From Bilabrum cf. latius (lineage: Eukaryota): a DNA stretch of 64,000 bases. The stretch covers positions 310,001 to 374,000 of the forward strand of contig OZ237735.1 in the NCBI GenBank assembly GCA_965178125.1. The letters run 5' to 3'. Position 1 is the first letter of the stretch; each line of letters opens with the position of its first letter. The notes under the pieces were generated by a model, which was not told where the DNA came from, did not search any database, and was given only the letters and a program-made list of their open reading frames with translations. This document shows positions 25,701 through 37,782 of the stretch, piece by piece. Position numbers and translations under genes: made by a program.

Positions 25701-26625
25701 ATATTTCGTCCTCATCGTACACGCGGGTTGCTCGAATGGCGCTCAGAAGACCCCAAGATACTACCGGTCCACCGGACGCAGTGCTGGAGGACGCCGCGGC
25801 CGACGACTCGGCTGGCGGTTCGGTTGAAACCTTGCCGGTTTTTCCATCCACGGCGCACCTATCGTTTGGTTTGGCAGACAAGAGCGCTCTAATGCCTACC
25901 TGCGACGCGCAAAGAGCATCTAGGGCCCTGAGCACGGTGCGGGCCAGCGGGGGGCTCTGCAGAGCATCCACGTAGGCAGTGGGCAGCGAGCCGGAGGCCG
26001 TGCTGCCGCCTGTGACACCGCACTCTGCAGCGGTAGGCAGCAGTTCCAACAGAGAGGCGGCGGCTCCGGAGCGCGCGCTGTGCTCAGGGGCCTGCTGCGC
26101 GGCGACTAGCAGAGTGGTGGCAAAGGCACGTGCCGCCTCGGCAGAGCGCTCCCTCTGCTCGTCACCCATGCTGGCTCGCTGCGACTTTGCCGTGGACCAG
26201 AAGTCAGAGAAAACATTACCGAGCGGCGGGGTGGCCGACTGCATTCGCTGCAAGACGTCTGCTCCACGGCCGGCATAGCACATCGCCTGGGTCTGCCGCA
26301 TGGCAGCTGCGAACAGTATGCCGTCATCCGTGTTTCTCGCAAGCACGTCAATCATTGCCTCCACCGCGCCGTAATCAAGAGCCTAACTAGCGTTATTAGC
26401 CCAGCCGCCACTTGGTGGCGTCGCTGTCTTGCATAGGGCCTGCGGTAAGGCGAGAACTAATGCGGTGAAACTGAACGGTGCTTGCTCGAGCAGCTACGTC
26501 GCAAAGCAACAAACACAGCATGTGGCTAGCCAAATATGCCATATGCTTGTTCTCACCTAAATCGAGTACACAGCCAGCCTCTTGAAGTTCTTGTGCTGCC
26601 GAATCGGATTCACGAGGGCCTCCAT
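13774..26625 (-). CDS. Giant armadillo-repeat protein (~4,240 aa) with a C-terminal PH-like domain; resembles the glideosome-associated connector (GAC)
   Basis: Ten ORF-track pieces share one frame and are separated only by TAG (15 in the predicted CDS); ends TGA 13774. Probable intron 26556-26440. ARM repeats such as LLEDAVCALSNIA and LFNMALRAVGNLTRCDENI. PH-like end LLHAQASTEAEADRLYAAL. Confidence 0.8.
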
Positions 26626-27065
26626 GGCGCACCACAAGAGTCCTGCCGAGGCTGTTCTATGAGGCGAGCTCCTGGGAGGTTACTCCCTCCTGCAGCCGTA
26701 TACTGTCTGCGTGCAATGACAGGCATCAATTCGGGCTGGACTCGTGGATACAGATGCAAATCACGGCTGTTGCCGTTCGTGCCAGGATCGTCGAGTCACA
26801 AAAAATCCCTCCTAGGACACGGCACGCTCACGCTGTCGCAAGCAGTGAGATAAATACACTAAATTAGATACACTCACGATTGGCTGTGACTCAATGCTTC
26901 GGATTGATCGCGATATGTCTGTTTCTTTGTTGCAATTGTCATCCCATAATACTGGTTTATTTCGGTTTGTACAGTATTGTTTTGATGGTGGACACGGTGC
27001 GTCTCGGCTGACAGGCTAAGGGTGCCTCAATACGCAAGCATGCAGCCACGCATGCTTGGAATACA

Positions 27066-27409
27066 TCACAATACTTTCTCACAAACCACTAGATATGCGT
27101 CGCTGTGCGCTACAGCCCAGGGTCTCGCCCACCCAACGTGCGAGTCGTTGCAATGCCTCCACCGCAGAGGAGGCACCTGCTCGCCCGCTGCACGCCCGCC
27201 GATGTCGCCCGCCCCACCCACGCCAGTCCCCCCACCCGATGCATTCCCCGCACCCTTGCCTGATGCCCGGCCGGTCCCCTATGCCCCTGCCTATGCCCCC
27301 ACGGCGCAGTACGCCGTATAGTGACCGGACTGCAGGCTGGCCCCGTGGTGGCACACCACGGACCTTACCCTGTACCGGGTGCACAACAGGGAATCGGAGC
27401 CATTACTTC

Positions 27410-27481
<72 letters not shown>

Positions 27482-29123
27482 CACTGTGGGCTTCCATCGG
27501 GAGGTAGAGCTGCCCTGCCTGCCATTCCATCCCTGCAGAGGCAGTGCCTTTGCCAGTGGCAGTGGCACTGGTGGCACTGTGCCTGTCGAACATACCTGCC
27601 ACCGGCACCTCGACTTTTCTCCTCTGCTTAACAGCCGCGCGGCGGGCTGAGAACCCCTTGCCAGGTCGGACCAGGAACCTCTTCAGGTGGAGCACCAGCA
27701 CGGGGGGCGCTCCAAGGATTCGGAGCCGCTTCCTGCCCGGCTGGCGCGACTTGCACTCGTCACACCACACGGCGTTCTCGCCTTCCATCGCCTCTTCTTC
27801 CTGATACCGATCCACGAGCGACTGCAGCTGCACGCCGGGATCGGGTTCCCAACCCTCCAGCTTGGGCTCCGAAGCGCTCGCGTCCGCACGACCTGCACCT
27901 TCGTGGGATGCACCCGCACCTCGTGCAGTGTGCGGGGCAACATGGGTACGAATCGAACCCTGAGCCCGCTTGCGACCGATGGGTGGAGCACCTGCTCCGC
28001 AGCCCGCTCTCTTGAGCCTAAGAAGCTGCGCCTCGCCCGGCACGGCGAGGGAGAGATCGAGGTACTGCTCCACCTTGGTCGAGACGTGGCCGCAAGTGAG
28101 GCATTCCACGCGCGATCGGAGCTGTCCGGCGAAGCAGGAGTGGACGGTGTCTCGATTTGTGCCCTTGGCCTGGCTCGCACCTGGTGCCGTGCTCGCCTTG
28201 TCGCTGTCGCCCGACCTCCCGTTGTTGGCCTCCAAAATTTGCAGTGCCCTTTGCTCCTCCGTGCACAGTCGATCTAACAGGAAACGCAAGAGCTCCTGCG
28301 CGTCGTGCTGCCTGAACCCTCCGAAGAAAGGGAGCAAACGCGACAGCGTCCGACGGACCCTGGCCGGCGCCGCTGCGTGCCCGCTACCGGCGGTGCTCCG
28401 CATGTCATCAATCAAAGCCTGCACGTCGTGCACCAGGCAAGACAAATCTGGAGGGATCGCTGAAAACCGGGTGGTTCGCCGAGTCGAAATGCTGGAGTCA
28501 AGAGCAGCGCGCTCCCCTTCCTCCGCGCGCTTGACCAGCCCCGCGGCAACACATCTCTCGTCTGCGCGCTGAATGGCGCGAAGAAACCCCGGGCAGTGTA
28601 ACAAGGACTGCAGAACACTATTCATATAGCACGTGTTCCCGAGATTGCGCAGGCCTGTCCAGCCAGCTTGCATCGTTGCGCTTGCCGCCTTCGGAATTGC
28701 AACTGGTTGAGCTGTCGAGCTTGGGTGAGCCATCGGACTCTGATCCTCGCAATCCATCAATTTAGCTGCAGTATCTTCGGCGACTCCTTCTGGTAGCCTG
28801 GGCTGCGACTCTTTCGCATCCAGGCCGCTCAAAGATTTGAATGCTTCCTCAACAGTTGCTGCATGAACAAAGTCATCTTTGGCATAATCAAATACCTGTC
28901 CTGACCTCAAACTAACTACCGGGTATTGTTTCAAGGATGGTGGGGCCTTCACTTCTTTGAATGCCAACAAAGCGCATTGTTTGGGGGCAGTTCGTCCGCA
29001 CCGCGCCTGCCCTACTGGATCAAGCCATAGCTCTTCCTCTGAAGCTGTGGCTCCGCATGAAGCGCAAATGGAGGGCAGTGGTTGCTTTTGCAAAGCGAGG
29101 GCTAGCTGCCGAATTGGCTCCAT
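27066..29123 (-). CDS. Ubiquitin-specific protease (peptidase C19)
   Basis: Cys box GLRNLGNTCYMNSVLQ, QHDAQE, LHLKRF, His box HHGASLQSGHYTAY. The final conserved WRHCNDSHV...AYLVV motif lies beyond TAG 27291 and 27279; ends TGA. Confidence 0.92.
27418..27479. repeat. (GCT)n microsatellite encoding poly-Ser inside the USP gene
   Basis: About 20 uninterrupted ctg units. Confidence 0.9.
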
Positions 29124-29325
29124 CCGGTGATTGGTGTGCAGCAGTGCCAACCACGGGAAGGGCAACCGGAACCGGAACCGAACCACACACACAGTGACAA
29201 CTTAATTGTACAGCAAAGAAGATGATTGATCCGAAGCACTTGCACTGAAAAGTTAGAGAGGCTACCATCTCAGCCGTGGTGCGGCCATACCGCCACTCCA
29301 AAGCCCACCCTAGCACAGCTACCGC

Positions 29326-32038
29326 TTAATTCGAGGGCGGGTAGTCAGGCGAGCAGCTGCTCATGGGCGTGCTGTCGCCAGTGACCTCAAAGGAGCCCGT
29401 CAGCCCTCCCTCGTACCACTTGGGCTGCCCACCTCCCACGAACAGCTCCACCTTGCCGGGGTGAGCCGTCAGGGTTGGCTTAAAAATGGAAGTGGCCCCG
29501 TCCTCCACCTGGAACCGGTCCGCGGGCCCCACCATCAGCCACACCTCTTGGGACCCGCCCGCCGGAATGCCCACGCGCCGGAAATCCGCGAGCCGCACAT
29601 TGGGCCGAGGCACAGAATCGCTCCCATAGGACGTCAGGTACAGCTGCACCACCTCGTCCGAATCCACGTCGCCCGTGTTGGTCACTACCACAGACACGGC
29701 CACGTCCTCGCACGGCTGCACCCCGCCCGAAGAGGCAGTGTGCACCTGCAGGTTGGAATACGCAAAGCTGGAGTAGCTCAGCCCGAACCCGAACGGGTAC
29801 AGCACGCCCCCCTCCCCGGGCCCCCCGTCCTTCATGTACCGGTACGTGGCTCCCTTCCCGCTTGGGTCATAGAAGTTGTACGCGTTGCTCGAGGTCTGCG
29901 GGGTCGTGACCGCGTCGCTGGACGCGTACACAGTGGCGGCGACCCTACCCGCCGGCGACTTGATCCCGAACACTGTCTCCGCCACGGCGGCGCCCCCCCT
30001 GATCCCGGGGTAGTGGGCATCCAGGATCGCGTCGGCCTCTTGGATCACCGGCTGCAGAAGCAATGGGCCGCCGTGAACCAGCACCGCCACGATAGGCACA
30101 CCAGCCTTCGCGTGCGCACGCACCTGCGACAGCAGGCTCAGCTACCCAGGGTACAGCGACAGCTCGGTGCGATCGTGGCCCTCTCGTTCCACCCGCGGGT
30201 CGTTCTCGATGGCGGTGCCCTGGTAGCTCAGCCCAAGCCCGATCACGATGGCGTCTGCCTCGGACGCGGCCTGCAGGGCCTCGGGAAACTTGCTGGTGTC
30301 GTTGCACGACACGTCCGAGCAGGCGGGGGCCTCAATCACGCTGCTGGAACCAGAACCCGCGGCCATGGGGTGGTGGTGCATCGCCTCGAGGGCGCTCACG
30401 AACGACTGCGCGATGGAGGGGATCCCTGGCGGGTCCCTCGGGGGCACGGCGTAGTTGCCCGTCAAGATGTTCCCGTCGCACGCAGAGTAGCCGATCACCG
30501 CGATCTTCTTGCCTGAGGTGGGGCCGAACTGCGCGGCGTCCAGGGGCAGCGCCGAGCCGTTGTTCTGCAGGAGGATGAGGCCCTCCGCTGCGGCGCGCTG
30601 GGCGAGATCCAGGTGCTCCTGGCTCTGCAGCACGGAGGTGTCGTTCGTGATGTAGTTGGCCAGGTTGGCCGCAGGCGGGTCGTGCATCCCCAGCTGGATG
30701 CGGGCCTTGAAGAGCCGCCTGAAGGCCGTCCTGACGTGGTCCATGGTGGTCTTGCCGTCGCTGATGGCCTGCTGCAGGGTGCTGATGGCCGCGTCGCCGC
30801 CGCCCTCCTGGTCCATGCCCGCGTTCAGGGCAGAGTACCCCGCGCATTCCATGGACGGGGGACCGTCGGGACAGTACGAGTGTGTCTTGTACACGTTGGC
30901 CCAAGCATCGTAGTCAGACACCACCCAGAGAGACGAGTTCCACAGGTTGCGGACCAGGCCGTTGAGCAGGCCCTCGCTCGCGGCCGTGGGGACGGCCACT
31001 GCCTTCGGGTCCGTGTCCGTGATGCTGTTGTAGGAGGCCATGAGGGCGCCCACCTTGCCCTCTGTGATGACCTGCTGGAAGTGGGGCAGGTGGTACTCCC
31101 AAGTGGTGCGGGCCTCGAGCACGGCGCTGTAGTTGGTGCGGGAGGCAGGCGTGTTCTCCACATTGTTCGCGATGTAGTGCTTCCCGCACGCCAGCGTGGC
31201 GGCGTACTCTTTTCTGTAGGTGCCTGGCACCTGGCTCTCGTAGGGGTGCTGCCACCCCGCCACGTAGGACGTGTAGATCTCCCCGTTCAGGCGCGGGTCT
31301 TCCGAGGCGCTCTCCTGGTTCCGGCCCCAGAAAGGATTCCACGCCTGGTTGATCATCGGGCTGTAAGGTGTGATCCCGATCCCGTTGATCCGGGGGCTGA
31401 TCCCGCGCAGGCCAGCCGAGGTCAGTCCGTTGTGCGCGCCTCGGGCCTCTGTCGCAACCGCGACGCCGACCTCCTGCAGCAGCTCGCGGTGAAAACTCGG
31501 ACCCATGGCACACAGCGACGGAAATGCCGTGCCGAACGCCTGCCTCAGACCATGCTCGTCATCTGAAAGCCACTGCGAGGCAAGGATCGCGTAGGAAAAT
31601 CAAGATTCGTTCGCTCGTTCGTAGGTGGCAGCTCTGCAGTTGAAGGCTAGGTGGAATGGAAGATCTTACCTGATATGCAGGGATTCCTGCGTCCGGTACC
31701 GCCGGGGCAGCGTTCTGCAGCTGGAAGATCGTCTGGCTTTCGTTGAGCTACTTCAGAAGCAGTGAGACGCGGCTGTCGTCGTCAAGCGTCCAGTCTAACC
31801 ACGAACCCTTCAGAGTGCTGCATTTCACGTAGTCATCAGGGGTATCAACGCACTCCGACCTCGACATGGGACATAGATATTGCCCAGCCTTGCATCCGCC
31901 TCCGCATAGGCTGGGATCCAGCACGCACTCGCCGGTCTTTGGACAAACTTCGTACTGCCCGATACATGGGAATGGCGATGGGTCACCAAATGCCGTAGTT
32001 ATGGCGGCAAATAGAGACGCGGCATGAGCTAGTTTCAT
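29326..32038 (-). CDS. Secreted GH3 beta-xylosidase/beta-glucosidase with an N-terminal Cys-rich segment and Fn3-like C-terminus; intron 31669-31573
   Basis: Signal peptide; WGRNQESASEDP; KHY; MASYN; VVSDY nucleophile motif; EREGHDR; YPFGFGLSY; DEVVQLY. TAG at 31748 and 30142; ends TAA. Confidence 0.92.
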
Positions 32039-32186
32039 TTTGCGAAAGCCGGATTGCGATCCTGCGTGATGCGCCTGGATGATGAAGTCAAAAATGCCTC
32101 ACTGTGATGACCGCGATCGGAGTTGCCCAGAAACAAGTCTGTGCGCCATCTGCAACCACTGTGACTTTATCCTGGCTCAGCATGGC

Positions 32187-33330
32187 TCAGTGTCCCAACG
32201 CCGCCAGCCGGGCTTCCAGCTCCCGCACCCGATCTTCTGCAGCCTGCCTAGCCTCGGCCTGTGACTCGATCCAGGCCTGCTCCTCGTCCCCCAGCAACGC
32301 CCCCTGCCCCTGCAGCGTCTTCACGCACTCCCTGTGCCTACCCATCATGGCGGCATGCAACGGGGACACCTGTTGGCCCCCCTGGACTGTCCCCTTCAAT
32401 ACTAGCCCGCCCGCTAGATCTAGCTTGCCCAGCCTCAGCCGCTTGCCCAGCTCCAGCGGCCTGCCAGTGGCTGCTGCGTTAAACACTAGAGCAGTGTCTC
32501 TGTGCGCGACCGCTGCTTGCCTCCATGCGGCCAGGTAGTGCGCCCTGAAGCTGAATCGCTCGATCAAGCTCGTAGTGGTCTTGTGCCGGTCAGCTGGTGT
32601 CTCTGGGTTCATTTTCGACATCTGCGTGGGCATTTTTCCCGCGTTATTCTACATGTCTTTCCTCGCTCCTGCCTAAAGAAGCAGTCGAGCACACTCCACT
32701 TGTGCATATGCGGCGGAAGCATGAAGCGGGGTATTGCCACCTCGGCACTGTATCATTACACGAGCCCCAGCGCCAATCAACACGCGCGCACACTCCAATC
32801 GCCCGTACTCGCAGGCCAGGTACAGGGGCGATGCTCCCGTCTCAGCCCTCGCGTCCACAATCGCCCCGGCCTCGATAAGCACACGCACGCAGTCCACATG
32901 GCCATATTGACTTGCAACATGCAACGGCACGAAGCCTCCGACGGAAGCCGCATTCACAAGTGCACCAGCGCCAATCAGCTGGCCTAAATCAGGCACCGCG
33001 GCCATATGCTGTACAATGGAATATGGGGGTCTGCTGCTGCTTGTTTCTACTGTTGATGTCGAGGCCAGCTAGCAGTAAGTTCCTAATAATCTCTCCACTC
33101 CCGCCTTCAGCTGCAACATAGCATGCAGTGCAAAAATAGCGCGAAGACAAAATATTTGCAGCAACTATTTGATTTGATGATATGCGGGCATTCTTACATG
33201 CAAGATGGAGCAAAGTATTGCCATCATTCGACGAGCATTGAGCAAGTTTCGGATCCAACTCAAGAAGTTCCTATACTTTGTGGGCATCCCCACATTCTAT
33301 TGCTTTCACAATACTAGTTATGTTATTCAT
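32187..33330 (-). CDS. Ankyrin-repeat protein with a C-terminal coiled coil; carries an apparent 1-nt frameshift at ~32989 (pseudogene or sequence error)
   Basis: GNTLLHLAC, PLHVASQYGHVDCVRVLIEAGA, GASPLYLAC, GNTPLHASA. TAG at 33271, 32673 and 32649; ends TGA. Confidence 0.75.
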
Positions 33331-33502
33331 GTGGCGGGTAGTTGGGATCGCTGCGATACAATCGACACGATAGATTGCGGAAGGACGTGATGCCTCGCAC
33401 CGCCGGTCGGGCAATCGGAGCACAACTTTGCGTTCTGGCTTTCCTTGCACCAAACGAGGCGACCGAATCAACTGATTAAAGGTAGCTTTTGCAAGCTGTT
33501 CG

Positions 33503-36500
33503 ATGGTGGGATCCAAGTCAAACCAGCAAGGTAAAATCTCGACAGCCGATGACGGAACACTGCTGGAGGCGACGCTGGATTTCTTCCGAGAAGCTACAAA
33601 GCAGCTGATCAGAGAGCTAGTGACAATAGGCAGCAAGATTCTAAATTTTTTTATGCTGAGTATCACCGCATGTATCCTGGCACCGCCCAGATTCTGGAGA
33701 AGGGGCCAGCGAATGTCGAACGCGAACGGTGCCGATCGTCTCGCTGGCAGCAGTCCCACGCAGTCATTGACCGCTGCTCCTTCCAAGAGACTACTTGGCT
33801 TGCCCAATTAGACTCTTGCTTCATCTGGACCCGCTCCTCGATTGCCGGTGGCTCCCACGGAAATCCCGGCTTTGGTGCGAGGTGTAGGCTTGTCCACGCT
33901 GCACGGCCGAAGTGCTGCCGGAAAGGGTCTCTTGGACGAGTTGCAGATGAGCCTGCTTGATGCAGTGGACCAGGGTGCAGATGCTGCGTAGGAACTCGCT
34001 GTGTTCCTACTGGATCACATGTGCTGCGGGCTGTGCTGCGTGCCCAGCAAGCGAAGACGATATCGCGGAGCCACCCGTCGACGACGGAGCCGGCACCGTG
34101 CAAGATCACGTTCTGCCTCCAAATCAAGACAATTGCGCATGGAAACTGAAAATAAACGATCCCGGACCGACGGGCCATCCGGCTGGCTGGCACGCGGGGC
34201 CGGGTGCCTGGTTCGAGTGCCGGGCGTGCTGTGCGGGCTGGGGCTATGGGTCTGCGCCAAGGGGTGCGGGGCATGCTCCCGCTGCGTGGGCCTCCGCTCC
34301 GCTGCGTGGGTGTGGGAGAAGCTCGCCGAGGGGCTGGCCGCCAGCGAGGGCTCTGCAGCGCAGGCCGTGCGCCGTGCCGCAAGGGAGTGTGACGAGCGCG
34401 ACAGGGCCGCAACCCGAGGCGCGAACAGCTCGACGACGACGACGGGCTCTGCACGAGCTGGCGGCGTCAACACCGAAGCTAAAGGCGAGCTGGGTGCAGC
34501 CGCCCCGTTGCCTGGCGGGATCCTCCCCCCGCCTCCCTCCCTGTCGCAGGCAGCGTCCTCCTCCTCCAACGCAGCCTCCTCTGCTCTGGACCTGGACCCA
34601 GGCCACCTGAAGATTAGGGCCTCGGAGGGGTGGGACGTGGGCTTGTCAGCGGCCGCACCTGCGTGGGAACAGCGCGGGAGACAAGAAAGATCCGTCGGCG
34701 GAGAACTCCCCGCGGCACCGCAGGACCTTCTGGGGGAACCCCCGGAGCAGCTGCGGCTGCTTGAGCACGGGTGCGCCGACCCGGTCGGCTCCACGGGGCA
34801 CGAGGCCATGGCTGGGCTCGGCCTGCTGAGCACGCCAAAGGTGCTGCAGCCGGACCCGGTCGGATCCTCTCGCTAGGAGTCTCGCAGGAACGGTAAGCGA
34901 GGCAAGCAGATGAGGGCCAGCGGCTCCAAGGCCAGCCTCTGGGGCCAGGGAACATCGGACACGGAGGGCACGCAGGGGTCTGCCGCCGAGACGGACCCGG
35001 TTGCGGTGCGGCTGCTCAAGAACGTGATGGGCATCCCTGTGCTTACCTATGTGTGCGAGTCGGCCGATGGATACCGGCTGCGCCTGATCCGCATGCCCCG
35101 GCGTGGCTCTAGCCGCGTGGCGTACTTTCAGCACGGCCTGCTGGATTCCAGCTCGGCTTGGGTCTCGGGCGGGAGGGTCTTCGGGATGGGAGTGCGGGCG
35201 TGGCGCGAGGGCTACGACGTGTACCTGGGCAACCTTCGAGGCACAGATGACACGCTGGGTTATGGCGCGCTGGTGAGCAACCACCAAGATGCTGCCGGTA
35301 GCAAGAACAACAACAGCAGCAGCACCAGCAGCAGCAGCGCCAGCGGGGCAGCATCCGCCTCGTCAGCCTCCTCCATCGAAGGAACCTCAACCGCCCGGAG
35401 AAGGCAGCAGCGCAGGAGGCGGCCATCGAGCTCAGCAACCAGCGCGGGCGGCACGGACACCGACCGTCGCAGGGGACCGCCCGTGCCGCCGGGCTCGATG
35501 CTGCGACTCAAGGCCCACCGGTCCCTGGCACCCTCCGACGCGGAGTTCTGGCGGTTCACCGTGGAGGACCACACGCTCGATGTGATGGCGCTGGTGGACC
35601 GGATCGTGGACATCAAGAGGGCCGAGGGGGCGCAGCGGGAGGCGTGGCAGCGCAAGAAAAAGAGAAAGAAGGGTGCCGCTGGTTCCGCTAGTCGGCGCCG
35701 CGACCAGGACCAGGACGCTCACTCACGACTGCCAGGCGGCTCCAAGCTGCGGCCGGATCGTGGCGCCAGCGCCACTTCCGGCGGGGCCAAGTCGCCGGTG
35801 GGCCGCCCAGGCAAGGACGCTGCTTGCGATCCAGGCCGGAGTCAAAGCGCGGCTCCCGACAAGGAAGACTTCTAGGAGGCAGAGGACGTCCGGATCACAG
35901 GGGTGGGTCACTCCATGGGAGGTTGCCTGCTGCTGCTGCACATCCTGCAGTGCAGGGCGCTTGGCCGGCCGCACCACATCAGCCGCTCGATCCTGCTGTC
36001 GCCCGCGGGCATGCACAAGTCCGTCAACGGCTTCGCTTACTTTGCCATCCACGCAGCGTACCCCGTGGTGCATCTGCTGCCCCACGGCCCGTTCATGCGC
36101 GCGCCCCGCGCATTGCAGCGCGTGGTGGCGCGGCTGACCAAGGACTTTGTGGGGCAGCAGGCCACGGCGGACGCTCTCGCCGCGGTGTCTTCGTCTATGT
36201 TCGGCGGCCTGGCGACCCGGTTCGCGTTCCGTGACGTGGTTGACGTCACAGAATACAACGTGGGCGGGACCTCAGTGGGCGTGATGCGGCACGGGTGCCA
36301 AGGGCTCATTGCCCGAGACATCAACGCGTTCGACCACGGCGCGGCGAGGAACAGAGTCAGGTACGGGCAGGACAGCCCCCCGTGCCTGCGAGCAGACTTC
36401 GGGCTGATCGACGTGCCCGTCCACTTCGTGGCTGGCGGGCTGGACGTGCTGATCCCACCGGAGAACATCGAACTCATGGCCACACAGCTGCAGGCCATCC

Positions 36501-37702
36501 GCCCCGGCATTGCGACCTACCACTGTTTCCCCGAGCTGGGACACCTGGACTTCACCCTGTCGCGCGACGATGGCCTCGTCCAGCACGTGCTGCAGCGGCT
36601 CAGGGAGCCAGACCCGGAGGTGAGCGCGACGCAGTGGCTGGCACACAGGCGCTGGCAGGGCAGGCACCCAACGGTGGCGTGTCCCACCACGGGTGACACT
36701 AGACTGGCCACCGTGAGCGACGCACCGGCGCGCCTGGCGCGATACCCCCTGGCCACCGTTGCCGAGGCCCGGGCCCGCGCCGCGAGCTCGCCCAAGCGGC
36801 TGCACCTCCTCGACCCGGACCTGGGCAAGGTCACCCGCGAGTCGGTGACGAGCGCGCAAAAGTACGGCGAGTCGGCGGATGGGCCCTACCAGCGCGCCGC
36901 TGGCATGGCGAGGAGCTTCCCTTTTCTGGGGACGTACATGAAGCTGAGGGAGGCGTGGGAGGGCGTGGATGCTCGGGCTGCCTGGGAGAAGCGCAGGACC
37001 GCGGCGCTGGCACTGGCTCGGGGCAGGGAGAGCGGGTTGCCGGGTGCTGCCGTTGATACAGAGCGCGAGCGTGTTGTATCTGCAAGTGGGCAGGAGCTTC
37101 GAGCTGCCGAGGAGCGCAAGCCGGGGCAGCCCCCGCGGCTGCAGCTCCCCGGATCCAGATCCCCAGCCGGTTCTGATGCTGCCTCCAAGATGGACGACGA
37201 CGGTTCGGGGTAGGAATCGATGCGGGAGCTGGAGGTGCACCGTGGGCCCCAGGCATCTCAAATGAAATCCCGCAGCGGCAGCACAGGCGACAGCAGCTCT
37301 GGGAGCGAATCGGAGGGTGAGAGGCGCAGGGTGGGCGGGGGCGACCTGCCCCTCTCGCCGTCCATGTCCAGGCGCAGCAGTGCTGCCTCGTCTCTTACCA
37401 TGCTTCAGATGCCGGTGCCGGCGGGGGGCAGCGAGGGCGCGGGGAGCAAGGGTGGCGCAGGTGCGACGAGTGGGGGCGCTGGGATGGAGCGGTCGGCGTC
37501 TGGCGGATTCGGCGGGGCTCTGGAGGGGCAGCGGGGTATAACAGGACTCGGGCATGATGCAAGAGACTTGCTCGGCCATGCCGATCGAGCACGAGCCGGG
37601 CGTGCTGGAGCGGGCGCCGTGTCGCCGCTAGACGGGCTGCCTGCCCATGTCGCCAGGAGAGCCGAAGCCAAGAGAAAGGAGCTCCAGCGGCAGCAATTGT
37701 GA
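33503..37702 (+). CDS. Acid-lipase-like alpha/beta hydrolase (~1,400 aa) with long low-complexity inserts
   Basis: DGYRLRLIRMP, QHGLLDSS, GYDVYLGNLRG, FWRF, nucleophile GHSMGG, GHLDF. One frame interrupted only by TAG at 33809, 33989, 34874, 35873 and 37211; ends TGA. Confidence 0.85.
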
Positions 37703-37782
37703 TGAATACTATGCGCTTCTTGCCATTCTATGCCTCTGTGCAAAATCCAGGGCGTTTGCACCGCTCCAATTCGATCGGAGCC

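Noticed and set aside
4536-29328. Ciliate-type code 6 (TAA and TAG both Gln)
   Set aside because: TAA terminates RPL13, SRRM1, RAD18 and GH3, and never appears inside the long coding frames.
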